32,000 bases of DNA from Candidatus Saccharimonadota bacterium (GCA_016699205.1 CP064964.1:540001-572000); one strand, 5' to 3'; positions 14,622 through 23,379 are shown, numbered from the stretch's first letter. Program-made: numbers and translations. Notes: a model not told the origin generated them from the sequence alone.

Positions 14622-14663
14622 TTACATCAGCTCCTTCAGATACTTTCCGGTCCACCTCTTCTT
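14622..14663 (-). pseudogene. Displaced duplicate of the uvrA 3' end (KKRWTGKYLKELM*)
   Basis: The minus strand AAG AAG AGG TGG ACC GGA AAG TAT CTG AAG GAG CTG ATG TAA compares with the uvrA 3' end at 15273-15232, AAG AAA TCT TGG ACT GGG AAG TAC TTG AAG GAG CTG ATA TAA. 33 of 42 nt are identical. Of the 7 differing codons, 5 are synonymous; the other two encode S>R and the terminal I>M. Confidence 0.75.
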
Positions 14664-14668
14664 TATAC

Positions 14669-15232
14669 TCAGGGCACAAAGTTTTTTGATACATACAGAA
14701 GTTCCATGCCTGGCTCTATTAGATCATCAATATCGATTCTGTTTAACGTCCACCCGTTTGCACCCTCACCTTCATTTTCATCTTCATATAATTCAGCTAT
14801 GCAACGCGCTCCACCCTTCCAGACCGTCGATGAGCCCATAACGAGAATATCTCGATCTATGATCATGCGATCAGAATATACTCTCGCGAAACTCACCGCC
14901 TCATCAATTACTGCAAAACGATAACCTAGCTTATCCAAAAAACTCGCCAGTTCGTCCCACACTTCTTTGATTTTTTTATTGTGAAACTTCTCCGGGATAT
15001 TTCCAATAAAGAATTCGCGTAATTTGGTAAACTCATCAACCCCCTCACAGGAGGGATGATTCACCCACGTAAGTAAAACGCGTAGGTTAAGCGGGTCATC
15101 TATCCAATCTCCTGTCTTACGAACTTCTTCAGGAGTACGATGATCGTAATTCACTTCGACTAAATAACTCCGAAGCACTTTTTGTTCAGACGACTGGTCT
15201 TGGTTAAGTGGCATACGGTAAATTACAGACAT
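14669..15232 (-). CDS. Island cassette F: hypothetical protein, AT-rich member of the island family (187 aa)
   Basis: The ATG at 15232 overlaps the uvrA stop (TAATG). The uvrA codons AAG GAG provide an SD 8 nt upstream. The product is MSVIYRMPLNQDQSSEQKVLRSYLVEVNYDHRTPEEV...HPSCEGVDEFTKLREFFIGNIP...LGYRFAVIDEAVSFARV...ILVMGSS...MELLYVSKNFVP*. The track ORF start at 15265 lies inside uvrA. Confidence 0.75.
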   Translation of the reverse strand: MSVIYRMPLNQDQSSEQKVLRSYLVEVNYDHRTPEEVRKTGDWIDDPLNLRVLLTWVNHPSCEGVDEFTKLREFFIGNIPEKFHNKKIKEVWDELASFLDKLGYRFAVIDEAVSFARVYSDRMIIDRDILVMGSSTVWKGGARCIAELYEDENEGEGANGWTLNRIDIDDLIEPGMELLYVSKNFVP

Positions 15233-18141
15233 TATATCAGCTCCTTCAAGTACTTCCCAGTCCAAGATTTCTTATTCTTAGCAATCACTTCCGGTGTTCC
15301 TTCTGCGACGAGAGTACCGCCGCGCAATCCTCCCTCTGGTCCCATGTCGATGACCCAGTCGGCGAGACTGACGACGTCGAGATTGTGCTCGATGACGAGG
15401 ACGGTGTTTCCTTTATCGACCAAAGCGTTCAGAACGACCATGAGGCGCTTAATATCGTCAAAATGGAGACCTGTGGTCGGTTCATCCAGAATATAGAGCG
15501 TACGGCCTGTAGCGCGTCTGGAGAGCTCGGTAGCGAGTTTAACGCGCTGAGCTTCACCGCCAGAGAGCGTGGTGGCCGGCTGACCTAATCGAACATAGCC
15601 GAGACCAACCTCATGCAGGACGGAACGCTTCTCGTAGATCGCGGGTTGGTCAACGAAGAAACGTCGACCTTCTTCAACGGTCATGTCGAGAACGTCGGCG
15701 ATGGTTTTGCCGCGGTAGTGAATCTCGAGCGCTTCCGAGTTGTAGCGCTTGCCGTGACACTCGTGACACTCGACGTAGACGTCGGGCAAAAATTGCATGG
15801 CGATCTGGATGTAGCCGTCTCCGCCACACGGTTCACAGCGTCCGCCGCCTTTGACGTTGAACGAGAATTTGCCGGCATCAAAGCCGCGCATCTTGGCTTC
15901 CGGGATTTCCGTGTAGAGATCGCGGATCGCGGTGAAGACACCGGTGTAGGTGGCTGGGTTGGAGCGAGGCGTGCGGCCGATTGGCGATTGGTCGACTGAG
16001 ACAACTTTATCCAAATGCTCCATGCCCTCGATCTTTTTATGTTCTGCGACCGGATCTTTGGCGCCAAAGAAGTGGCTCGAGAGAGCACGGCCGAGAATAT
16101 CGAGGACGAGCGTTGATTTACCGGAACCCGAAACACCCGTGACACAGACGAGCTGAGCCAATGGGAATTTCACATCGACATTCTTGAGGTTGAAGGCTGT
16201 GGCACCGCGCACGGTGATGGCTTTGCCACTCCCCTTGCGACGCGTCTTGGGCTTGTCGAGCTTCATCTTGCCGGAGAGATATTGTCCGGTGACGGATTCC
16301 TTGTCCTTTTTAATTTCCGCGAGCGTACCTTCGGAAATAATGTGGCCGCCGTATTCACCAGCACCTGGGCCGACGTCGACAATCCAGTCGGCGGCTTTCA
16401 TGACGGCGTCGTCATGCTCAACAACGATGACGGTGTTGCCGAGATCGCGAAGACGCTTGATGGTGTGGATCAGCTTATCGTTGTCGCGCGGATGCAAGCC
16501 GATGGAAGGCTCATCGAGAATATAGATGACGCCGGACAATTCCGAGCCGAGCTGGGCTGCCAGACGCACGCGCTGGGCTTCTCCGCCGGAAAGCGACATA
16601 GCTGAACGGTCAAGCGTCAGATAATCCAAACCGACGTCCATCAAATTTTGAAGGCGGCGGCGGATTTCTCCGGAGACTTGGTCGACAACGAGACGCTCAC
16701 GCTCGGTGAATCCGTTGGCGTCCGGCTTTTTATCGCCCTTGAGTTTGGCGATTTTGGAACCTTTGAACGCGGCGGAATCTTTTGCCTTGCCCGTACCCTT
16801 TCCTAAGCCTTGGAAGAAGGCGAGAACTTCATCGAGCGGCAAAAAGACGAGGTCGGCGAGCGATTTGCTGGCAACCGTGACAGCGAGCGACTCTTTGCGC
16901 AGACGGCGACCCTGACAATCGGGACAGGTGAGGACGCGCATGTAGGCCTCGATTTCTTTTTGGACGTATTCCGAATCGGTTTCTTTGTGCTTGGCCTCGA
17001 GCATCGCCAAAATACCTTCGAACTCGCCATCGCCCTCAAATAAAGCCTTCAATGCTTTTGGCGAGAACTCTCCGACAGGTTGATTGATGGTGAAACCGTG
17101 CTTGGCACCGACTTCTTCCAGCTTTTTTACATGGGCCGTTTGATTTCCAGCGATGCGCGTCCACGGCTTGATCGCTCCTTGGGCGATGGTGAGCTTTTTG
17201 TTTGGAATCACGAGCTCCGGTTCAAGCACGAGCTTGGTTCCGAGACCGGTACAGGCGGGACAAGCGCCATGCGGCGAGTTGAAGGAGAAAAGACGCGGCT
17301 CGAGCGTTGGTAAGGAAATATTACAGTTGGCGCAGAACAAGGATTGCGAGAAGAGTTTTTCATCGCCCGTGTCCTCGTTGATGGTCATGACCAAGCCGTT
17401 TCCAAAATCGAGCGTCTGTTTTACAAACTCGAGCATGGAATCGATGACGACGCCCGAACCTTTGGTGAGGCGCTGAACCACAACCTCAATGGTGTGCTCG
17501 GCTGTTTTGTCGATGCGGGAGTGAAGGATCTCGTCCAAGTCGACAATGGTGCCGTCAAAACGAACTTCACGGAAACCAGCGTTCTTCACGCTCTGCATCG
17601 CGACTTTGTGCTCGCCTTTTTGGGCGCGGACAATCGGCGCCATCAATAGAATGGTTGATTTGTTGGCGAGTTCCAAAACTTTGTCCGCGATTTCACGCGT
17701 CGTCTGCTCGATCACGGCTGAACCGCATTGCACGCAGTGGGCGCGGCCGGCGCGGGCGTAGAGGAGGCGTAGGAAATCGTAAACTTCCGTCACGGTACCG
17801 ACGGTGGAGCGCGGATTGTGGGAAGTGGTCTTTTGATCGATAGCGATGGTCGGTGAAAGACCCGTGATCTCATCGACATCAGGCTTGTCCTGCAGCTCCA
17901 TGAATTGTCGTGCGTATGACGACATCGATTCCATGTAGCGGCGCTGGCCCTCAGCGTGGATGGTATCGAAGGCGAGAGAAGATTTTCCCGATCCAGAGAG
18001 ACCTGTCACAACAATAAAGTTGTTTTTTGGCAGGTCGATCGAAACATTCTTCAAGTTATGGACGCGGGCTCCTTTAATGGAGATCGTGTCATGCAACTTC
18101 TTGGATGGCATGTTGGCGGCGAGGCTACCACCGATAGACAT
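15232..18141 (-). CDS. uvrA: Excinuclease ABC subunit A
   Basis: The Walker A motifs are GLSGSGKSSLAFDT and GVSGSGKSTLV, and LSGGEAQR occurs twice. Zinc-finger pairs are CVQCG, CANC...CPAC, CPDCQG and CEPCGGDG...CHECHG. The start is uncertain: TTG 18150, ATG 18141 or ATG 18111. Confidence 0.95.
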   Translation of the reverse strand: MSIGGSLAANMPSKKLHDTISIKGARVHNLKNVSIDLPKNNFIVVTGLSGSGKSSLAFDTIHAEGQRRYMESMSSYARQFMELQDKPDVDEITGLSPTIAIDQKTTSHNPRSTVGTVTEVYDFLRLLYARAGRAHCVQCGSAVIEQTTREIADKVLELANKSTILLMAPIVRAQKGEHKVAMQSVKNAGFREVRFDGTIVDLDEILHSRIDKTAEHTIEVVVQRLTKGSGVVIDSMLEFVKQTLDFGNGLVMTINEDTGDEKLFSQSLFCANCNISLPTLEPRLFSFNSPHGACPACTGLGTKLVLEPELVIPNKKLTIAQGAIKPWTRIAGNQTAHVKKLEEVGAKHGFTINQPVGEFSPKALKALFEGDGEFEGILAMLEAKHKETDSEYVQKEIEAYMRVLTCPDCQGRRLRKESLAVTVASKSLADLVFLPLDEVLAFFQGLGKGTGKAKDSAAFKGSKIAKLKGDKKPDANGFTERERLVVDQVSGEIRRRLQNLMDVGLDYLTLDRSAMSLSGGEAQRVRLAAQLGSELSGVIYILDEPSIGLHPRDNDKLIHTIKRLRDLGNTVIVVEHDDAVMKAADWIVDVGPGAGEYGGHIISEGTLAEIKKDKESVTGQYLSGKMKLDKPKTRRKGSGKAITVRGATAFNLKNVDVKFPLAQLVCVTGVSGSGKSTLVLDILGRALSSHFFGAKDPVAEHKKIEGMEHLDKVVSVDQSPIGRTPRSNPATYTGVFTAIRDLYTEIPEAKMRGFDAGKFSFNVKGGGRCEPCGGDGYIQIAMQFLPDVYVECHECHGKRYNSEALEIHYRGKTIADVLDMTVEEGRRFFVDQPAIYEKRSVLHEVGLGYVRLGQPATTLSGGEAQRVKLATELSRRATGRTLYILDEPTTGLHFDDIKRLMVVLNALVDKGNTVLVIEHNLDVVSLADWVIDMGPEGGLRGGTLVAEGTPEVIAKNKKSWTGKYLKELI

Positions 18142-18149
18142 ATATGACA

Positions 18150-18171
18150 AGAGCCACCCCCTGGCGGCTCT
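18150..18171 (-). terminator. Hairpin between the Cys-rich protein gene and uvrA
   Basis: The minus strand reads AGAGCCGCC-AGGG-GGTGGCTCT. Pairing is complete only on this strand (one G-U pair). It is followed by a U-rich stretch. Confidence 0.45.
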
Positions 18172-18196
18172 GTCGATTATCGAGTCTTCAGGATTG

Positions 18197-20455
18197 TTAC
18201 GGGGTACAGGTGCCGATACCGGCCGTCATATCCATTGGACGATCAAAGCTTGCAAAGACGCCGCCGCTCGCCCCTGGTTCAAAGCGGCACGTGCCTGATT
18301 GGCATTGGCCGTTGAAGTCACACTTAGAACCGTTCACGCGAACTGGGTAACAAGCCGCTTTTTCTACACGAACCGGATTTACCGCATCGAGACCATCGAT
18401 GGGTGTACCGAGATATGAACCCGTGAAGTTGATGGCGAATTCTGTTGCTGACCAAGTTGATGCGCTGCAGCCAGTCGTACACGCGCCTTCAAGCTGATCG
18501 CGCGGCGGAGAGGCTCCTGTTGGAGGACGAGGAATGCCGCTCTCGGCACGGATGGCGCAGAATCCCGTACAGACACCGCCGACACACATCGAGGAACATT
18601 CGCTATCGGAAGAGCAGGATGCGCCGATTGGTTTGCGGCAGCCAAAGCGTGCGTAGCTCCATGGACGGAGATTTTCTGGGGCGTTTTCAAAGTTCCATGA
18701 GTAGGCGACGCCGGTATTCCCAAAGAGTGTCGCATATTCCTCTTCCGAGCATCGATTTGGATTTGCGGCCGAGGTTGAACATCGATAGCGATGGCTCATG
18801 CAGAAGCTGTCGACACCGCTGCCGGAAACACGATTACATCCGCCTTCCCAATTGCTGATGATATTGGTTTCTTGGTAGTAACGCTCACCCCCTCCTGGAC
18901 CATAGAACAAGCTTGAACATACGGGGCGCGGGTCAAGCTCGTAGTCGCGATAGTCGCCGGTAACGCAGCGCCCGACTTGTTCTTCATTACCCTGCTGACA
19001 GGTGAAGCCGGCAGCACATGGAATCTGCGGATCTGCGGCCATGTTGCACACGCTGCCTGTTTCTCCGGTCAAACAGCGCCAGAGACCCTCGATCTGCTGA
19101 CAGGTCCCCTCCTGACACGCGACCTGCATCGTTCCATTGTTATTTGTCGGACTTCCGTCTTCCGATGTGCGCACATCGCAACCGCCGGAGCATCGGCAGA
19201 GCTCATTGGCACGACCTTGCGTACATTGTCCGCTGGAAAGACCTTCCGTATTTGACGTGCGTAGACAGACGCGGCCTTCACGGCATTGAGAATCTCTTAC
19301 ACATGCAGGAATCGCCCCGCCCTCATCGGCATTTGGGTCCCGAGCGGTCGAGGAGGCGCTGATCCCGACGCATTCAATACTCTCCGGATTAAGGCGGAAT
19401 TGCGTTGTGCTTGGATTGATTGTTTGGAGAATCGAGTACGCCGCGAGGACCACGACCATGCCGATCAGAGCATCGCGAATAATCTGTTTGCCGCGCTGAA
19501 TAGATCCGATGCCCGCTGCACCCGTCAGGTAGAGGAATCCTCCATAAACAACCATGACGATCGCGACCACGAGAATGATCGAGACAAGGTAGCGGTAGAC
19601 CGTATTAATATATTCCGGCAAACCGGTGACTTGTTGAATGCCGCCGATATTAACCCCAAGCGTGATCGGAACTGGTGCATCGTCCGATGGATCGCAGGCT
19701 GCCGAATAACCTGCACTGCTGTCGGCTACCGCGGCACTTGGAGAATCAACGTCAGCGACGGCGTCTGGGAAGACTTGGTCTGCTTCAGAACCTGTTGGAC
19801 AACTAGAAGGCGTGCCGCCACCAGCGATTCCAGGAGCGAGGGCGCAGGCCCAGGCGCGGTATCCTTCTCCGGTGAGGTGGGAGTTGCGGCTACGGATCTG
19901 AGATTCGCCGTTGCCCGGGTTTGTTTCTTGCTGGAATGGGCCAGCCGCGCTTCCGGGACGGCCGTCGATCCAGCGGGCGCCGAGACTCGGTACATACGAT
20001 GATTGAACCGTTGCGGTGCGGTCATGTCTTTCCTGTACGCCTTCATCGCGGCTTGTAGCGGGACCGATCCAGACGACGTCGGCGCCGCGGGCGTGGGCAT
20101 CGTTATAGGCTTGGCGGAGTTTGGTTTCGTAGGCTGTACGGCTTGCTCCGGAGGTTTGGACATCGTCATTGCCGCCGATAATCAGGATGACGAGCTGCGG
20201 GTTACGAGAATTCACCATGCTTGAGATGGTGTTGTTATCTAGGAACCAGCGCAGACCCTTACCTGCATGCGAGGACTGACCCGTGACCTCGACATCGTAC
20301 CCTGCGAGCGCTGTTGTAAGCGGGCGATGCAGACCCTGAGCCTGGCTATCGCCGATGATGACGGCTGTGCGCGCGTCTGCCGCAACCGGGAAAGCGATCG
20401 CGATCGCAAATACAAAAGAAGCGGTCAGCGAAAGGAGCGGGCGGAAAAAACGCAT
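18197..20455 (-). CDS. Large surface protein: signal peptide + SGNH/GDSL-like hydrolase + pilin-like two-TM hairpin + Cys-rich C-terminal domain (752 aa)
   Basis: The signal peptide is MRFFRPLLSLTASFVFAIAIAFPVAADA. SGNH blocks are VIIGDSQAQG, LVILIIGGNDD and VVWIGP. The TM hairpin YLVSIILVVAIVMVVYGGFLYLTGAAGIGSIQRGKQIIRDALIGMVVVLAAYSILQTINP looks like the TrbC/VirB2-type pilin module common in CPR surface proteins. I counted about 33 Cys in the last ~375 aa, with C..D.QC..G.C-type repeats. Confidence 0.7.
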   Translation of the reverse strand: MRFFRPLLSLTASFVFAIAIAFPVAADARTAVIIGDSQAQGLHRPLTTALAGYDVEVTGQSSHAGKGLRWFLDNNTISSMVNSRNPQLVILIIGGNDDVQTSGASRTAYETKLRQAYNDAHARGADVVWIGPATSRDEGVQERHDRTATVQSSYVPSLGARWIDGRPGSAAGPFQQETNPGNGESQIRSRNSHLTGEGYRAWACALAPGIAGGGTPSSCPTGSEADQVFPDAVADVDSPSAAVADSSAGYSAACDPSDDAPVPITLGVNIGGIQQVTGLPEYINTVYRYLVSIILVVAIVMVVYGGFLYLTGAAGIGSIQRGKQIIRDALIGMVVVLAAYSILQTINPSTTQFRLNPESIECVGISASSTARDPNADEGGAIPACVRDSQCREGRVCLRTSNTEGLSSGQCTQGRANELCRCSGGCDVRTSEDGSPTNNNGTMQVACQEGTCQQIEGLWRCLTGETGSVCNMAADPQIPCAAGFTCQQGNEEQVGRCVTGDYRDYELDPRPVCSSLFYGPGGGERYYQETNIISNWEGGCNRVSGSGVDSFCMSHRYRCSTSAANPNRCSEEEYATLFGNTGVAYSWNFENAPENLRPWSYARFGCRKPIGASCSSDSECSSMCVGGVCTGFCAIRAESGIPRPPTGASPPRDQLEGACTTGCSASTWSATEFAINFTGSYLGTPIDGLDAVNPVRVEKAACYPVRVNGSKCDFNGQCQSGTCRFEPGASGGVFASFDRPMDMTAGIGTCTP

Positions 20456-20458
20456 AGG

Positions 20459-21202
20459 TTATTTTTTTGAACGATCAACGAATTCGTCGACGAGCAGCTT
20501 GAGCGTTTCGCGATCGACGGCGCCTTCAATTTTTACACCGTTCAAAAAAAAGGTTGGCGTTCCCTCTACACCGGCATTGAGACCCGCTTGAAGATCAGCT
20601 TCCACTCGCTTTCGAGCGTCGCCGTCATCGAGACATGCGCGGAAATCACCCTCATCCATTCCCACTTCACGCGCGAGACGGAGAAGTTCTGCATCTTGGA
20701 ATTGATCTTGTTTTAAAAGAAAGAGTTTATCGTGATAAGCCCAGAAACGGCCTTGGTCGGTGGCGCAGCGGGCGGCGGTGGCTGCGCGGGTTGCTCCCGG
20801 GTGGAGCGAGTCGACAGGAAAATCACGGATGACGAGGCGGACGTCTTCTTTACGTTCTGTGACAAGCTCGCGGATTGGTTCAAAAGAGGCTTGGCAAAAT
20901 GGGCAACCATAGTCGAGAAATTCCACGATTGTGACGATCGGTCGTTCTGAACCCGTATACGGAGCGCGCGGATCATCAAGAACAGGGGCGCGGTTTTGAG
21001 ACTCGCGCAATGCACGGTCGGCCAAGGCTCGGTCGATCGAGAAACGGATGCGATCGCGCTTGATTGGATTTGGCTCGCCGGAGCGAATCGACTGATAATA
21101 GACAGAGACCTGCCAGACAAAGGCTCCGATCAATACCGTGAGGACAGCGGCGAGGCCGAGTCCGAGAGTTTTTCCAAGTGACATCGGGGTTGATTTTACC
21201 AT
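20459..21202 (-). CDS. DsbA-family thiol:disulfide oxidoreductase, membrane anchored
   Basis: There is an N-terminal TM segment (LGLGLAAVLTVLIGAFVWQV) and a thioredoxin-fold active site, EFLDYGCPFCQ. Its stop is 3 nt before the ATG of 18197..20455. Confidence 0.85.
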   Translation of the reverse strand: MVKSTPMSLGKTLGLGLAAVLTVLIGAFVWQVSVYYQSIRSGEPNPIKRDRIRFSIDRALADRALRESQNRAPVLDDPRAPYTGSERPIVTIVEFLDYGCPFCQASFEPIRELVTERKEDVRLVIRDFPVDSLHPGATRAATAARCATDQGRFWAYHDKLFLLKQDQFQDAELLRLAREVGMDEGDFRACLDDGDARKRVEADLQAGLNAGVEGTPTFFLNGVKIEGAVDRETLKLLVDEFVDRSKK

Positions 21203-21250
21203 GCCGGAACGGTTGACGAAACGTGGGGCTAGGGCTAACCTACGGCCGTT

Positions 21251-21472
21251 ATGAGATCAACCATTCTTGCCATCGCCATGATCGCCTTTTCGGTGCTCTT
21301 GAGCGCGACCATCCTGTTGCAGCAGCGCGGGACGGGATTGGGTGGAGCTTTTGGCGGCGAAGGCAATGTCTTCCGCACCAAGCGCGGCCTTGAAAAAGGC
21401 TTGTTCTACGCGACGATTGCGGTCGGATGTCTGTTTGTCGCAACAGCCGTCTTGAACCTGATCCTCGTCTAA
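21251..21472 (+). CDS. secG: Preprotein translocase subunit SecG
   Basis: The 73-aa protein has two TM segments and the SecG signature LLQQRGTGLGGAFGG...VFRTKRG.E..L...T. Confidence 0.8.
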   Translation: MRSTILAIAMIAFSVLLSATILLQQRGTGLGGAFGGEGNVFRTKRGLEKGLFYATIAVGCLFVATAVLNLILV

Positions 21473-21527
21473 AATCCAGGATTCCAGCGCCCCGCTTTTG
21501 TAGCTGGTCGCTCTGGGGTAGGATTGA

Positions 21528-23375
21528 ATGTACATGAATATTTGGCTTGAAAAGCTGCGAAAGATCTGGCAACGGGTCTTTTTCTGGCAAAAGCCGGTAG
21601 GCGAATCGCATGAGGTACGGCCGCATTCCCATGCGGACCATGCCTTGGTTTTGTCTGTGACCAAACCCTCAACGGTTCCGAGCTTCCGACAGTTACGATT
21701 TATGAACCGCGTTCTCGATGCGGGAGAGCGACGTATCTTTTGGGGGGCGTTTTTTCTCTTTTTGGCGGCGCTCTTGCTTGGAACAGCAGATCTCGCTGCG
21801 ACACAGCTTGTAACGGTTCCAAGCATAGGCGGAACTTATACAGAAGGCTTGGTTGGTACGCCTAAATTAATCAATCCCCTGTTTGCACCGGTCAACGACG
21901 TTGACCGCGATTTGGTCGGTCTGATTTTTTCCGGATTATTCCGACCAAATGAAAACTTGGAACCGGTCCCGGATTTAGCTGAGCGCTATCAGTGGAGCGA
22001 GGATGGAAAAACGCTGGAAGTCACTCTGCGTAAAGACGTGCGTTTTCATGATGGCGTGCCGCTGACAGCGGATGACGTCCTGTTTACCTATCAAGCCGTG
22101 AAAAATCCGGCCTCGTATAGTCCGCTCGCCGGCCAGTTTCAGGGCGTGACGATTATCCGCGTGGACGATGCCACGGTACAGTTCCAACTTCCTGCTGCCG
22201 ACCCGAGCTTTCTTACCTCGCTCACGCTCGGCATTTTGCCAGCACATATTTGGGAGGAAATCCCGGATGCAAATGCCCATCTTGCCGATGCCAACTTGAA
22301 ACCGATCGGCTCTGGTCCGTATCAGGTGTCGACCTATACGCGTGATAGCCGCGGGCAGATCCTGCATTTTAATTTGAAGCGCTTTCCCTCTTTTTATGGC
22401 ATCAAGCCGCTGATCGAGGAAGTGCGCATGCGTTTCTTTACCGATCGTCCGCAAGCAGTAACAGCATTGCGAAATGGCCAAATCGATGCGCTCGCCTTTT
22501 TGCCATGGGCCGAAGCCTCGACATTGGCCAGCGAAAGCTACACCTTGCACCGTATTGAATTGCCCCAGGAAACCGTCGCCTTTTTTAATGTTAAGGAGCC
22601 GCTCCTGAAAGATGTGCGCATGCGTGAAGCGCTCGCGATGGCCGTTGATAAATCAGAACTCGCCACACTTTTAGGCGAGCAGATCTCCCCTGTTACATCG
22701 CCCTATCCGTTTCTTGAGTATTCCACCGGTACCAAGCCCGATTTAGAAGCAGCCCGTACCAAGCTGGAAACACTTGGCTGGAAACTACCGGAAGGCGGCA
22801 CTGTCCGCCAATTCGTCGGTGCCGGTACAGCACGTGCGACCACATCTACGACGAGCTCTACCAATTTAGCGCTAACGATTCTGGTACCAAATCAACCAGA
22901 TCTCCAGAAAGTGGCGGAACTATTGAAGCGCCGCTGGTCGTTACTCGGAGCCGAAGTCACGATCATTTCCAATGAGCCCGAGTCATTGCTACGCGAGGCT
23001 TTAGAGAAGAGAAACTACCAGGTGATTGTCACAAATATCCTTCTCCCTCCTAATCAAGATCTGACGGCCTTTTGGGCAAGTAAAAATGCCACTGGAAATG
23101 GATTGAACCTGTCGGGTCTGGCTGATCGCGATGTTGATCTTGCCTTGGAACGAGTCATGAATGCGACAAATACCGAGCAGCTTTTGCAGGCTCGAATCGC
23201 TTTTTCCGATGAGATAGCTGAACGAACACCGGCGCTTTTCTTGTTGCGCCCCGTTTATGCTTACATCCAGTCTCGGCGTATTCATGGCACGAATGACATG
23301 CGCTTACTTAAGCCAGCGGATCGATTTTTACGTATTAGCGACTGGTATATAAGGACAGGCTGGGGATGGCGCTAA
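21528..23375 (+). CDS. ABC transporter substrate-binding protein, family 5 (peptide/nickel type), N-terminally membrane anchored
   Basis: The TM anchor is IFWGAFFLFLAALLLGTADL. SBP_bac_5-like strings are GGTYTEGLVGTPKLINPL, LFRPNENLEPVPDLAERYQWSEDGKTLEVTLRKDVRFHDGVPLTADDVLFTY. No permease or ATPase genes are adjacent. Confidence 0.8.
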   Translation: MYMNIWLEKLRKIWQRVFFWQKPVGESHEVRPHSHADHALVLSVTKPSTVPSFRQLRFMNRVLDAGERRIFWGAFFLFLAALLLGTADLAATQLVTVPSIGGTYTEGLVGTPKLINPLFAPVNDVDRDLVGLIFSGLFRPNENLEPVPDLAERYQWSEDGKTLEVTLRKDVRFHDGVPLTADDVLFTYQAVKNPASYSPLAGQFQGVTIIRVDDATVQFQLPAADPSFLTSLTLGILPAHIWEEIPDANAHLADANLKPIGSGPYQVSTYTRDSRGQILHFNLKRFPSFYGIKPLIEEVRMRFFTDRPQAVTALRNGQIDALAFLPWAEASTLASESYTLHRIELPQETVAFFNVKEPLLKDVRMREALAMAVDKSELATLLGEQISPVTSPYPFLEYSTGTKPDLEAARTKLETLGWKLPEGGTVRQFVGAGTARATTSTTSSTNLALTILVPNQPDLQKVAELLKRRWSLLGAEVTIISNEPESLLREALEKRNYQVIVTNILLPPNQDLTAFWASKNATGNGLNLSGLADRDVDLALERVMNATNTEQLLQARIAFSDEIAERTPALFLLRPVYAYIQSRRIHGTNDMRLLKPADRFLRISDWYIRTGWGWR

Positions 23376-23379
23376 ACCC

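Noticed and set aside
15182-18350. Many 60-130-aa + strand ORFs antisense to uvrA
   Set aside because: All lie inside the well-supported uvrA CDS on the opposite strand, and none has an RBS or promoter.
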